DNA of 64,000 nucleotides from an uncultured Halobacteriales archaeon (GCA_964565905.1 CAZMGU010000001.1:5889-69888); one strand, 5' to 3'; counted from the first letter of the stretch, positions 1-10,445 are shown. The notes: generated from the letters alone by a model not told the origin. Translations and numbers: made by a program.

Positions 1-1927
1 TACGGCACACCTCTCGGTCCGGAACGTCGGGGGGATAGACGAGACCAGTATCTCGTTCGAGTCCGGCGTCAACGTCCTCACCGGGCGGAACGCGACGAAC
101 CGGACGTCGGCGCTGCAGGCCCTGATGGCGGCACTGGGGAGCGACAGGGCGACGCTCAAGGCGGACGCGGACGAGGGGTCGGTGGAACTCGACGTCGGTT
201 CCGATACGCACACGCGCTCCTTCCGGCGGTCGAACGGGACGGTGACCACGAGCGGCGACCCGCTCCTCGCGGACCCGACGCTCGCCGACCTCTACGCGTT
301 CCTGCTGGAGAACAACGAGGCGCGCCAGTCGGTCGCCCGCGAGGACGACCTCCGGGACGTCATCATGCGCCCCGTCGACACCGACGAGATACAGGCGGAG
401 ATAGCTCGTCTCGAGGACCGGAAACGGGAACTCTCGGACCGACTGGACGAACTCGGGGACCTGGAGCGGCGGTTGCCGACGCTCGTCGAGGAGGAGTCGC
501 GGCTGACGGACGAACTCGAAGAGAAGCGCGCGGCGCTCGAGGCGAAGCGAAGCGAGATAGCGGACGCCGACGTGGACGTCGAGGAGACGCGCGAGGACGA
601 GGCCGAACTCGAGACGAAACTCGAGGAACTCCAGTCCGTCCGGTCGTCGCTCGACGACGTCCGGTTCGACGTCGAGACGGAGCGGGAGAGCATCGACCGC
701 CTCCGCGAGGAACTCGACGACTACCGGAGCCAGCGAGCGGACCTGCCCGACGAGTCTGCCGACGAATCGACCGACCTCGACGCGACGATCGACCGGTTGC
801 GCCGCCGCCGCCAGTCCCTCGAGTCGGACGTCTCGGAGCTACAGAGCATCCTCCGGTTCAACGAGGAGATGCTCGAGGGCCACGACTCGACCGACCTCGA
901 CTCCCTCGTGGACGGCGAGGCGTCCGACGACGATTCTGTCACCGACAGCCTCGTCGAGGGCGAGGAGGTCACCTGCTGGACCTGCGGGACCACGGTCGAC
1001 GAGTCGAAGATAGAGACGATGACCGACCGCCTCAGGTCGTTTCTGGACGACAAGCGCGAGGAGCGGGCGGCGGTCGACGACCGCCTCTCCGAACTGACCG
1101 CCGAGCGCGACGAGATAGCGGAGCGGGAACGCGAGCGCGAGCGGATCGAGCGGAAGATAGAGCGCGCCGAGACGGAGATAGCGGACCGCCAGGAGCGGAT
1201 CGAGGAACTCGGATCGAAGCGCGAGGAACTCGAGGCGGAACTGGAGGACGTCGAGGCGGCGGTCGAGTCCCTCCGGACCGAGGAGTACGACGAGATACTC
1301 GACCTCCACCAGGAGGCCAACAGGCTCGAATTCGAGTGCGAGCGCCTGTCCGACGACGTCGACGACGTCCGCGACGAGATAGCGACCATCGAGGAGCGAC
1401 TCGACGAGCGCGCCGCCATCGAGGACCAGCGAGCCGAGATTCAGGCGGAACTGGAGGAGCGACGGACCCGCGTCGACCGGATCGAACGCGAGGCCGTCGA
1501 CGCCTTCAACGAACACATGGCCGACCTGCTCGACGTCCTCGGGTTCACCAACCTCGAGCGCATCTGGCTCGAACGCACGGAGGCGCGCGTCCGCGAGGGC
1601 CGCCGGAAGGTGACGAAGTCGCAGTTCGAACTGCACATCGTCCGGAGCACCGACTCGGGGACGGCCTACGAGGACACCATCGACCACCTGAGCGAGAGCG
1701 AGCGGGAGGTGACGGGGCTCGTGTTCGCCCTCGCGGGCTACCTCGTCCACGACGTCTACGAGGTCCTCCCGTTCATGGTCCTGGACTCGCTGGAGGCCAT
1801 CGACGCCGACCGCATCGCCGCCCTCATCGACTACTTCGAGTCCTTCGTCGACTTCGTCGTCGTCGCGTTGCTCCACGAGGACGCCCAGGCGCTCGACGAC
1901 GACTACCGGCGGATCACCGACATCTGA
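1..1927 (+). CDS. Archaea-specific SMC-related coiled-coil ATPase (Sph family); 5' end outside window
   Basis: Frame is open from base 2 (TAHLSVRNVGGIDETSISFESGVNVLTGRNATNRTSALQALM), giving the degenerate Walker A GRNATNRTS. Long acidic coiled coils flank a central CWTC. C-terminal LSESE signature and FMVLDSLEAID Walker B. Confidence 0.9.
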   Translation, partial: TAHLSVRNVGGIDETSISFESGVNVLTGRNATNRTSALQALMAALGSDRATLKADADEGSVELDVGSDTHTRSFRRSNGTVTTSGDPLLADPTLADLYAFLLENNEARQSVAREDDLRDVIMRPVDTDEIQAEIARLEDRKRELSDRLDELGDLERRLPTLVEEESRLTDELEEKRAALEAKRSEIADADVDVEETREDEAELETKLEELQSVRSSLDDVRFDVETERESIDRLREELDDYRSQRADLPDESADESTDLDATIDRLRRRRQSLESDVSELQSILRFNEEMLEGHDSTDLDSLVDGEASDDDSVTDSLVEGEEVTCWTCGTTVDESKIETMTDRLRSFLDDKREERAAVDDRLSELTAERDEIAERERERERIERKIERAETEIADRQERIEELGSKREELEAELEDVEAAVESLRTEEYDEILDLHQEANRLEFECERLSDDVDDVRDEIATIEERLDERAAIEDQRAEIQAELEERRTRVDRIEREAVDAFNEHMADLLDVLGFTNLERIWLERTEARVREGRRKVTKSQFELHIVRSTDSGTAYEDTIDHLSESEREVTGLVFALAGYLVHDVYEVLPFMVLDSLEAIDADRIAALIDYFESFVDFVVVALLHEDAQALDDDYRRITDI

Positions 1928-1957
1928 GCGCCGTCTCCCGGGGACGCCCGCGGTGGC

Positions 1958-1963
1958 TTTATA
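1958..1963 (+). promoter_or_regulatory. Probable archaeal TATA box for leaderless DapA-family gene
   Basis: TTTATA 25-30 nt upstream of ATG 1988 in otherwise GC-rich DNA. Confidence 0.55.
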
Positions 1964-1987
1964 CCGTGCCCGTCGAATCGGACGCGT

Positions 1988-2923
1988 ATGTCGACGCCTT
2001 CCCGGGAGGTTCGCCGGCGACTGCGCGGCGTGTCGGTCGGCCTCCTGACGCCGTTCGACGACGACGGGGCCATCGAGCACCCGAAGCTAGAGGCCAACGC
2101 GCGTTCGCTCTCCGACTCGGGGATGCGGACCTTCCTGGCCGCCGCGAACATCAGCGAGTACCACTCCCTCTCGACGGCGGAACGCGTCGCCGTCACCGAG
2201 ACGAGCGTCGACGCGCTCCCGGACGACGCCTGCGTGCTCGCCGGCGTCGGCGGCGCGCTGGGCGACGCGAAGGAGACCGTCCGGGCGTACGACCGCGTCG
2301 GTGCCGACGCGATGATGGTCATGCCGCCGGACCACACGTACGTCCACGAACGCGGCCTGCTGGACTACTATCGGGCGCTGGGGTCGGTCACCGACAGTCC
2401 GCTCGTCCCCTACGTCCGCGGGTTCGAACCAACCGTCGACACCCTGGCCGACCTGACCCGTATCGACGGCGTCGAGGGGATCAAGTACGCACTGACCGAC
2501 CCCGTGCGACTCGGCGCGGCGGTCGACGCCGGTGCCGACGACGTCGTCTGGGTCGACGGCCTGGCCGAACCCTACGCCGTCTCGTTCTGGGCCGAGGGAG
2601 TCGAGGGGTTCACCGCCGGCGTCAGCAACTTCCGCCCGGAGATAGGGCTCGCGCTGTACGAGGCGCTCTCGAACGGCGAGTGGGACCGCGCCCGCGACCT
2701 CCGGAACGCCTGCCTCCCCTACCAGCACTTCCGCGACGAGATCGGCGCGGACAACACCCTCCCCGGCGCGTTCAGCGTCGCGGCGGTGAAGAAGGGCCTC
2801 GAACTCGCCGGCCTCCACGGCGGCGACGTCAGGACGCCCATCCGGTCGCTCTCCCCCGACCAGGAGCGACGCGCCGAGGAGCTTTACGACCGGCTGGACG
2901 CCGACATCGAGCGCCTCGTCTGA
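1988..2923 (+). CDS. DapA/DHDPS-family class I aldolase/dehydratase (keto-deoxy sugar-acid lyase-like)
   Basis: LLTPFDDDG, AGVGG, Tyr in LVPYVR, Schiff-base GIKYA; 311 aa. Confidence 0.85.
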   Translation: MSTPSREVRRRLRGVSVGLLTPFDDDGAIEHPKLEANARSLSDSGMRTFLAAANISEYHSLSTAERVAVTETSVDALPDDACVLAGVGGALGDAKETVRAYDRVGADAMMVMPPDHTYVHERGLLDYYRALGSVTDSPLVPYVRGFEPTVDTLADLTRIDGVEGIKYALTDPVRLGAAVDAGADDVVWVDGLAEPYAVSFWAEGVEGFTAGVSNFRPEIGLALYEALSNGEWDRARDLRNACLPYQHFRDEIGADNTLPGAFSVAAVKKGLELAGLHGGDVRTPIRSLSPDQERRAEELYDRLDADIERLV

Positions 2924-3116
2924 CGTTCCGCCGACGCATCGCTCGGGGTTCGTCTCGTCACGAGGGCGCGACCCGGTCCCGTCGTCTCTCGTCCGCGCTC
3001 TCTTCGATCATTTCCGTCCGATACGGGACGAACGGGGTGTTCGACGGTTCCGTTTCGACTGGTCGCCATTCCTTTGCAGATACTGTAATGGCCTGCCCGC
3101 AGTGAGTCGCGAGCGG

Positions 3117-3440
3117 CTACTCGCGACGGGCGGCCGGATACCAGGTGTTCCCCTCGAGCGTGACCAGGCCGTACCGTTCCAGCACCTGTAACACCGGGAC
3201 GATGCCCTCGGCGTCGTACTCCACCGCCGTCCCGGCGAGCGCTTCGGCTATCGTACTGCGCGTCCCGCCGCCGACCCGTTTGACCGTCTCAACGACCAGT
3301 TCGAGGTCGTCGACGAGCGGTGCGAGGTCGTGCCCGGCGGCCGGGTCCGTGTCGAGCCTGGCCATCACCTCGTCGTACTCGCCCGCGAGCTCCACGGAGA
3401 CGGTGACGGATCTTCCGGATTCGTCGTTCGATTCTGACAT
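3117..3440 (-). CDS. Small hypothetical protein, possible winged-helix
   Basis: Acidic ORF, probable start MSESNDE at 3440; C-terminal TRSTIAEAL...VLQVLERYGLVTLEGNTWY resembles a wHTH. Confidence 0.55.
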   Translation of the reverse strand: MSESNDESGRSVTVSVELAGEYDEVMARLDTDPAAGHDLAPLVDDLELVVETVKRVGGGTRSTIAEALAGTAVEYDAEGIVPVLQVLERYGLVTLEGNTWYPAARRE

Positions 3441-3668
3441 TCCGTCCGGAGAATCGTACGATATGGGTAAAGGTGAAGACACCGAGGCGATTCTTGCTTC
3501 ATTCTGCGTACGGTCTGGATGTGTGCCTGGTAATCGAGGTACAACCTTCCTGTTCCATCCGATGCTCTCCGAGTCTCGATACCGAAAACGCTCGATACGT
3601 GGAAAAGTGAAGTCGGGCGCGTCCGTCTGGTCCGGATCGACCCGTCTCGGCGCGACCCGGCGAGCGGT

Positions 3669-4718
3669 TCAGTCCTCCGCCCGGAGTTCCGAGACGTCGA
3701 ACACCGGCTTGACCGTCTGGCCGCCGACGAACGCCTCGAACGCCGCGTCGGCGTCGAGTAGCGAGAACCGGTCGTCGACGAACGTCTCGCTGTCCACGTC
3801 GCCGCTGGCGATCATCCGGAGCGACCGCTCGAAGTCCTCGTACATCGACGCGTAGGAACACTGGAGGTCTATCTCCGCGCGCACGAGCGGCGAGTACTCC
3901 ATGGTCGTCTCGCCGGTCTGGCCGATCAGAACGATCTGGCCGCCCTTGCGGACCTGGTCGACCGCGGTCGGCAGGCCGGAGGGGTGGCCGGTCGTGTCGA
4001 AGACGACGTCGTAGCCCACGCCGTCGGTCAGTTCGTCGCGTCGCCCGTCGAGGTCGTCGTCGGCGACGTTGATCGTCCCGAACCCGAGTTCCTCGGCCAG
4101 CGGGAGGCGGTAGTCGGCGTCCTGGCCCACGCCGGAGACGACGACCGACCCGCCCTGGGCGGCCGCGACCTGTGCGGTGAGCAGTCCGATCGGTCCCGGT
4201 CCCTCGACCAGGACGCGGTCGCCGGGGCCGACGCGCGAGTTCTCGATGACCGCGCGCGCGGCGATGCTCGTCGGTTCGACCGTCGCGGCGTGTCGCTGTT
4301 CGACGCCGTCGGGGACGGGGTGGAGCGCGTCCGCCGGGACGGCGACGTACCCCTCGTAGGCCCCGTCGTGGTCGACGCCCGTGATGACGGCGTTCTGGCA
4401 GACGTTCGACTCCCCTATCTTGCACTGGTAACAGTCGCCACAGCCGCGGATCGGTCGCTCGACGACGCGGTCGCCCACGGCGAACGTCGTGACGTCGTTG
4501 CCCACCTCGACCACGCGACCCGAGTACTCGTGACCGATGACCGTCGGGAGGTCCATCCGCTCGAAGGCCGCCTCGAACTCGTAGATGCCGGCGTCGCTCC
4601 CGCAGAGGCCGGCGTAGTCGACCTCGACGAGACACTCGTCCGCGGCCGGCGTCGGCCGTTCGCGGTCGACCAGTTCCATCGCACCGTGCGTCCGACTCGT
4701 TTTGGCCAGTCCTCGCAT
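3669..4718 (-). CDS. Zn-dependent polyol/sugar-acid dehydrogenase (MDR family)
   Basis: GLCGSD, GHEYSG, CGDCYQC...C structural Zn site, GPGPIG. Confidence 0.9.
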   Translation of the reverse strand: MRGLAKTSRTHGAMELVDRERPTPAADECLVEVDYAGLCGSDAGIYEFEAAFERMDLPTVIGHEYSGRVVEVGNDVTTFAVGDRVVERPIRGCGDCYQCKIGESNVCQNAVITGVDHDGAYEGYVAVPADALHPVPDGVEQRHAATVEPTSIAARAVIENSRVGPGDRVLVEGPGPIGLLTAQVAAAQGGSVVVSGVGQDADYRLPLAEELGFGTINVADDDLDGRRDELTDGVGYDVVFDTTGHPSGLPTAVDQVRKGGQIVLIGQTGETTMEYSPLVRAEIDLQCSYASMYEDFERSLRMIASGDVDSETFVDDRFSLLDADAAFEAFVGGQTVKPVFDVSELRAED

Positions 4719-4830
4719 GCGCGCAGGTGGGCGGCGGGCCAGTATAACTCTGTGGATGACTCGTCACGAGGCCGCGGATCGGTGGCACCGTCCCGCAAGC
4801 GTAATGGGTCCTACCGTTCACCGTTCTCTC

Positions 4831-5604
4831 ATGGTCGAGTACGAACACGCGCCGGTCACGGTGGACGGCAAGCGGGCCGTCGTCGTCGGCGGGACGAGCG
4901 GCATCGGGCAGGCGATAGCGCTCGGGTTCGCGTCGGAGGGCGCGGACGTGATAGCGACGAGTCGGAGCGAGGAGAAAGTCGAGGAGACGGCCGACGCCAT
5001 CGAGGACCGGGGCGCGCGGACGGCGCGGGTCACCTGCGACGTCACCGACCCGGCGTCGCTCGAGACGGTCCGGGAGACGGCCGTCGACGCGTTCGGCGGT
5101 ATCGACGTCGTCGTCGCCTCGCAGGGTGCCATCTCGCGGGCGACGGTGCTCGACGTCGACGACGACGAGTGGGAGTTCGTCACGGACGTCGCCCTGAACG
5201 GGGTCCGCCGGGTGACCCAGGCGATGGCCCCCGCGATGGACGAGGGCGGGAGCATCGTCAACATCTCCTCGCTCGCCGCGCGACTCTCGATGGCAAACCT
5301 GCCGGCCTACTCCGCGGCCAAGGGCGGCGTCGAGGCCTTCACGCGCGCGTCGGCGAAGGAACTCGCCCCCGATATCCGCGTCAACGCCATCGCGCCCGGG
5401 TTCGTTATCACGCCCCAGAACGCCGACACGTACGCGGAGGGGACGGAGAAGCGCGAGACCATCGACGAGCGGACGCCGCTCGGCCGCGTCGCCGAGCGCG
5501 AGGAGATAGTCGGTGCCGCCGTCTACCTGGCGAGCGACGCGGCGTCGTACGTCACGGGCGAGGTGCTCACCGTCGACGGCGGGTTCGCCGACAGCGCGCT
5601 GTAG
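4831..5604 (+). CDS. SDR oxidoreductase (gluconate-5-dehydrogenase/KduD-like)
   Basis: GGTSGIG, NISS, YSAAK, VNAIAPG, VDGG; start moved to ATG 4831. Confidence 0.9.
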   Translation: MVEYEHAPVTVDGKRAVVVGGTSGIGQAIALGFASEGADVIATSRSEEKVEETADAIEDRGARTARVTCDVTDPASLETVRETAVDAFGGIDVVVASQGAISRATVLDVDDDEWEFVTDVALNGVRRVTQAMAPAMDEGGSIVNISSLAARLSMANLPAYSAAKGGVEAFTRASAKELAPDIRVNAIAPGFVITPQNADTYAEGTEKRETIDERTPLGRVAEREEIVGAAVYLASDAASYVTGEVLTVDGGFADSAL

Positions 5605-5793
5605 CGGTCGATACGAGTTCTTCGACCCCGTGCGGCCCGTCGCGGTCCGCGATGGAGGACTGTGAGCCACTGGCATCGCGTCCGGTCGAATCCGCTCCGG
5701 TACGTCGGAGACGACGTGTTCGCCCGCTGAACGCACCGCCGAGGGACTTTAATCATCGTTAACTATATACCCTGATGTTTGTAATAGTCTCCC

Positions 5794-6996
5794 ATGGCAT
5801 GCGATGACGACAGTGACAGCGAAAGCATAAGCATCCGCGCCGGCGCGGGCGTGTCGCGGCGAAACGTGATGCGACAGATCGGTGCGGTCTCGGCCATCGG
5901 CGCACTCGGCGGTCTCGCCGGCTGTGACGCGCTCCAGCGGGGCGGCAGCGGCGGCAACGAGACGGACGGCAACGGCGGCGGTGGCGGCGGTGGCGGTGGC
6001 GGGAACGGTAATGCTCCCGACTACCAGCTCGTCGAACTCAACCCGCCGCCGACGGAGCTGGACTTCTCGTCGGACCCGCCGGAGCGCGAGATAACGATGG
6101 TCACCCACGACGCCAGCACGTCCTTCTTCGACCCGACCATCGGCGGGCTCCACGACGCGGCGAGCCAGCTCGGCTGGCAGGCGAACTTCAACGGCCCGTC
6201 GAGCGGGTTCAGCGTCGAGGACCAGGTCGGCATTCTCGAGTCGGTCGTCGACTCCGGCCCCGACGTGATCGCGACCACTATCGCGGACCCGTCGGCCTAC
6301 GACAACGTGATCGAGCGGGCGCTCGACAACGACATCCCCGTCGTCACCTACAACACGCTCGCGCTCTCGCGCGACGAGATGCGCGACAAGTACGGCCGCG
6401 CGTTCGCCTACACCGGTCAGGACCAGGTCGCGGCGGGCTACGTCTGCGGGCTCGCGATGCTCGAACGGTTGCCCGACGACGCGAGTCTGGTGACGCCCGG
6501 CCTCTCCGACCCGGGCCACAGCGCGCTCTCGGCCCGCGCCGACGGGATGGAGATGGCCATCCAGCAGAACTCGGACATCGAACTCACCGAACGCCTCAAC
6601 TACACGGGCGACTCCAACGAGGGCATCTCGCGCATCGAGAACCACCTGACGGCGACCTCGGACCTCGACGGCATCATGGGCGCCGACGCGTTCACCTGGT
6701 TCATCGGCAACGCGCTGGAGAACCAGGACATGACCGACGACATCGTCGGCGGCGGCTTCGACCTCACGTCGGAGACGCTCGACCACATCAGTAGCGGCGC
6801 GCTGAACTACACCGTCGGGCAGGACCCGTACAGTCAGGGGTACATGCCGGTGATGCAGATGTTCGCGTACATGGACCGCGGGATGCCGGCGAAGGACTAC
6901 CCGACCGGTGCCGAGGTCATCGACGAGTCGAACATCGACTTCGCGATGGACCGCTCCGGTGGCTGGGGCGACCTCCGCAGCTACCACAACGCCTGA
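5794..6996 (+). CDS. Sugar ABC transporter substrate-binding lipoprotein (type I periplasmic binding fold), Tat-exported
   Basis: SRRNVMR twin-arginine, LAGC lipobox, Gly-rich linker, GFD and QDPYSQGY motifs. Confidence 0.9.
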   Translation: MACDDDSDSESISIRAGAGVSRRNVMRQIGAVSAIGALGGLAGCDALQRGGSGGNETDGNGGGGGGGGGGNGNAPDYQLVELNPPPTELDFSSDPPEREITMVTHDASTSFFDPTIGGLHDAASQLGWQANFNGPSSGFSVEDQVGILESVVDSGPDVIATTIADPSAYDNVIERALDNDIPVVTYNTLALSRDEMRDKYGRAFAYTGQDQVAAGYVCGLAMLERLPDDASLVTPGLSDPGHSALSARADGMEMAIQQNSDIELTERLNYTGDSNEGISRIENHLTATSDLDGIMGADAFTWFIGNALENQDMTDDIVGGGFDLTSETLDHISSGALNYTVGQDPYSQGYMPVMQMFAYMDRGMPAKDYPTGAEVIDESNIDFAMDRSGGWGDLRSYHNA

Positions 6997-7038
6997 GTCG
7001 CGCGGCACCACCCACGAACACGTTTATTCGAACACCAC

Positions 7039-7848
7039 ATGCCAGATACGGAACCTATACTGTACACGGAACAGCTCTCGAAGCGCTTCGGAAACGTCCA
7101 CGCCGTCGAGGACGTGGACTTCGCCGTCGAAGAGGGCGAGATCATGGCCATCGTCGGTGACAACGGGGCCGGCAAGTCCACGCTCATCAAGATGCTCTGT
7201 GGCGTCCACGAGCCCACGAGCGGGACGATACACGTCCGGGGAGAGCGCGTCCAGTTCGACAACTACAACGACGCGCGAAAGCAGGGCATCGAGACCGTCT
7301 ACCAGGACCTCGCGCTCGCCGAGAGCCAGTCCGTCGCGGCCAACGTCTTCCTCGGCCACGAACCGGTGAGGGGCGGAGCCCTCGGTCGCTGGCTCGGTCT
7401 CGTCGACGAGGGCCGGATGGTCGTGGAGGCGCGGAAGAACCTCGACAAGGTGAAGATCCCCGTCGACCCGGAGGCGAAGGTCCAGAACCTCTCGGGCGGC
7501 CAGCAGCAGGCCGTGGCCATCGCACGCGCGCTCCAGTCCGACCCCGACATCCTGATCATGGACGAACCGACCAGCGCGCTCTCCATCGAGGGCGCGCGTA
7601 ACGTCCTCCGGGTCATCGACGGCCTCAGGGAACAGGGGCTCACCATCATCCTCATCAGTCACAACATCCGTCACGTGCTCGGCATCGCCGACCGGCTATC
7701 GGTGCTCGCCCAGGGTCGGCTGATGGGCGTCCGCGACACCGACGAGGTGTCGCGCAACGAGGTCATCGCGCTGATGATGGGTGCCGAGGACGAGTCGGAG
7801 TTCGAGGAGTTCGAACTGTCCGGGTCGTCGGAGGGAACGACCGCATGA
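7039..7848 (+). CDS. Sugar ABC transporter ATP-binding protein (CUT2, single domain)
   Basis: GDNGAGKST, LSGGQQQ, ILIMDEPT, ISHN. Confidence 0.95.
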   Translation: MPDTEPILYTEQLSKRFGNVHAVEDVDFAVEEGEIMAIVGDNGAGKSTLIKMLCGVHEPTSGTIHVRGERVQFDNYNDARKQGIETVYQDLALAESQSVAANVFLGHEPVRGGALGRWLGLVDEGRMVVEARKNLDKVKIPVDPEAKVQNLSGGQQQAVAIARALQSDPDILIMDEPTSALSIEGARNVLRVIDGLREQGLTIILISHNIRHVLGIADRLSVLAQGRLMGVRDTDEVSRNEVIALMMGAEDESEFEEFELSGSSEGTTA

Positions 7849-8888
7849 GCGACGCCCCGGAACCCGCCGCCGACGGCGCGGGTGCCGAGAGCGCGGACGC
7901 CACCGCCGTGAGCCGAACCGTCGACTCGCCGGTGGTGAAACAGCTCCGACGCCGGGAGGTCGGCGTCCTGTTCGGCTTCCTGGTGCTGTTCTCGCTGATC
8001 GCCCTCACGCGACCGGACATCTTCTTCGACTGGGACCGGATGTCCGGGATCACCTCCCGACTGCTCCGCCAGATAGCGCCGTACACGATCATCGGCATCG
8101 GGATGTCGTATCTCATCATCGGGGGTGAGTTCGACCTCTCGGTGGGGTCGATGTACGCCGTCGGCGGCATCTCCTTCGCCGTGTTCCTCACCGACTACAA
8201 CCTCACCGTTCCGGCGGCGCTCCTCGGGGTCCTGCTCGTCGGTGCGGTCGTCGGCACGACCAACGGCGTCATCGTGACGAAGGCGGGCGTCCCGTCGCTC
8301 ATCGCGACCATCGGGATGCTGAGCATACTCAGGGGCGTCGCGTACTACCTGACGCCGGCGGGGTCCAGACAGACGCCGGACCTGGCGCTGATCGACCTGT
8401 TCGGCGGCAGCGTCGTCGTCGGCGGTCTGGAAATCTCCCACCAGGTGTTCTGGGCGATCGGACTGGTGATCGTGTTCGCCCTGCTGCTCAGGAAGACCAG
8501 GTTCGGCTACCACGTCTTCGCGACCGGTGACGACCAGGAGGCCGCGGAGATGACGGGGATCGACACGGACCGCGTGAAGATCATCAACTTCGTGCTCACG
8601 TCGACGCTGGCCGCCTTCGCCGGCGTCGTCGCCATCTCCTACTTCGGGTCGATGTTCGGGTCGGCCGGCACCGGCTTCGAACTCCTCATCATCGCGGCCG
8701 TCGTCATCGGCGGCACGAACCTCTTCGGCGGCGAGGGGTCGCTGCTCGGCATGTTCATCGGGTCGCTGGTCATCGGCGTCATCCCGGTGTTGCTGGTGCT
8801 GAACGGGCTCTCGGTGGAGATCCAGGAGCTCATCACCGGCGTGATCATCATCCTGGCCGTGTTGCTCGACATCCTCATCCGGCGATAG
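7845..8888 (+). CDS. Sugar ABC transporter permease (RbsC-like)
   Basis: GEFDLSVGS, AAVVIGGTNLFGGEGS, multiple TM helices; ATGA overlap with ATPase. Confidence 0.93.
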   Translation: MSDAPEPAADGAGAESADATAVSRTVDSPVVKQLRRREVGVLFGFLVLFSLIALTRPDIFFDWDRMSGITSRLLRQIAPYTIIGIGMSYLIIGGEFDLSVGSMYAVGGISFAVFLTDYNLTVPAALLGVLLVGAVVGTTNGVIVTKAGVPSLIATIGMLSILRGVAYYLTPAGSRQTPDLALIDLFGGSVVVGGLEISHQVFWAIGLVIVFALLLRKTRFGYHVFATGDDQEAAEMTGIDTDRVKIINFVLTSTLAAFAGVVAISYFGSMFGSAGTGFELLIIAAVVIGGTNLFGGEGSLLGMFIGSLVIGVIPVLLVLNGLSVEIQELITGVIIILAVLLDILIRR

Positions 8889-9014
8889 CGTCCCCTCGAC
8901 GCGGTGCGGTTTCGATTTTTCACGTCGACCCCGCCAGTGGCACCGTTACCGGTCGGACGGGCCGTCCGGGACCCATCGTTTGATGGTACCGCGCCACGAA
9001 CCACCGGTCGAATC

Positions 9015-9503
9015 ATGAAGCGCGACGCCGACGGAATCCTCAACGCGGAGCTGAGCCACGCCATCGCCAGTATGGGCCACACGGACGCGCTGATGGTCGT
9101 CGACGCCGGGTTCCCCGTCCCCGAGGACGCCTGGCGGATCGACCTGGCGCTCACTCGCGGCGTCCCGCGGCTGTTCGACGTCCTCGAGGCGGTCCACGAC
9201 GAACTCGTCCCGGAGCGCGTCGTCTACGCCGACGACGTTCCGGAGATGAACCCCGACATGGACGAGCGTATTCGGGGCCTGTACGACGGGTCGGGTGCGG
9301 ACGTCGAGACGGCGTCCCACGAGGAGATACTCGACTACGGCCGCGAGGCGAAGGCCATCGTCAGGACCGGCGACTTCGTCCCGTGGGGGAACGTCGTCAT
9401 CGAGTGCGGAACCGACCCGGCAGACTGGTTCGGCGGCGAGAACGTGACGATGCCCGAGGAGTACCGGCGGCGGTACGAGGAGATGTACGGCGAGTCGCCG
9501 TAG
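9015..9503 (+). CDS. rbsD: D-ribose pyranase (RbsD/FucU family)
   Basis: GILNAELSHAIASMGHTD..VVDAGFPVP..RIDLALTRGVP, IVRTGDFVPWGNVVI; start ATG 9015. Confidence 0.9.
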   Translation: MKRDADGILNAELSHAIASMGHTDALMVVDAGFPVPEDAWRIDLALTRGVPRLFDVLEAVHDELVPERVVYADDVPEMNPDMDERIRGLYDGSGADVETASHEEILDYGREAKAIVRTGDFVPWGNVVIECGTDPADWFGGENVTMPEEYRRRYEEMYGESP

Positions 9504-9518
9504 TGCGGTAGGCCCCGT

Positions 9519-10445
9519 TTACCACGTCGCGTCGACGAGTGCCGCGACGGCGTCGCGTTCGGGGAGCCCCGGCACGACCTCGCTCTCGGTGACGGCCAGC
9601 GCGCCGGCGGCGCAGGCGAACCTGACGGCCGCCCGGTCGTCGCGGCCCTCGGCCAGCGCGACGGCGAGCGCGCCGTTGAACGCGTCGCCGGCGCCGGTCG
9701 TGTCGACGGCGTCGACGCGGGGCGCGGCGACCTCCTCGACGCCGTCGGCGGAGACGAGGAGCGCGCCGGCCGACCCGCGCGTGAGGACGACCGTCTCGAC
9801 GCCCAGGTCGAGCAGTTCCCGGGCGACGGCCTCGTCGGACGCCTCGCCGTCGACGCCCGCCAGGGTGCGGGCCTCGTGCTCGTTCGGCGTGAGGTAGTCG
9901 CCGCCTTCGAGGATCGACCCGGGTAGCTCGCGGGCCGGGGCCGGGTTGCAGACGACGGTCGATCCGGCGTCGGTGGCCGTCTCGACGGCCGCCTCCACGG
10001 CGCCGTCGGCTATCTCTAGCTGGACGAGCAGTGCGCCGGCGGACGCGACGGCGTCCCCCGCCTCGCGGACGTCCGACCCCGACAGCCGGTCGTTCGCGCC
10101 CGGCGCCACGGTTATCTCGTTCTCGCCGTCGTCGTCGACGACGACGAAGCCGACGCCGGTGTGCGCCTCCGGGTCGCGGTCGACGTCCGCGACGGCGACC
10201 CCCTCCCGCTCCCAGAGCGCGAGCGCGTCCTCGCCGTACCGGTCGTCGCCGACGCGGCCGACGAACCGGGAGTCCGCGCCGAGCCTCGCCGCCGCGATGG
10301 CCTGGTTCGACCCCTTCCCGCCCGGCCCCTCGGCGAAGTTCCCGCCGATGACCGTCTCGCCGGGCGCAGGGAAGTCGTCGACCTGCATCGTCAGCCCGAC
10401 GTTGTAGCTGCCGACGACGGCGACGGCGGGGTCAGTACTCGCCAT
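9519..10445 (-). CDS. rbsK: Ribokinase (PfkB family)
   Basis: VVGSYN, GPGGKGSNQA, NPAPA, TPNEHE, DTTGAGDAFNG. Confidence 0.9.
   Translation of the reverse strand: MASTDPAVAVVGSYNVGLTMQVDDFPAPGETVIGGNFAEGPGGKGSNQAIAAARLGADSRFVGRVGDDRYGEDALALWEREGVAVADVDRDPEAHTGVGFVVVDDDGENEITVAPGANDRLSGSDVREAGDAVASAGALLVQLEIADGAVEAAVETATDAGSTVVCNPAPARELPGSILEGGDYLTPNEHEARTLAGVDGEASDEAVARELLDLGVETVVLTRGSAGALLVSADGVEEVAAPRVDAVDTTGAGDAFNGALAVALAEGRDDRAAVRFACAAGALAVTESEVVPGLPERDAVAALVDATW

Noticed and set aside
1-1927. SMC-like gene as a Wadjet/Lamassu-type defence system
   Set aside because: No partner nuclease, kleisin or effector genes downstream, and the motifs fit the Sph family. Upstream context is not visible.
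5941-6010. GGC/GGT trinucleotide run
   Set aside because: Encodes the ordinary Gly-rich linker after a lipobox.
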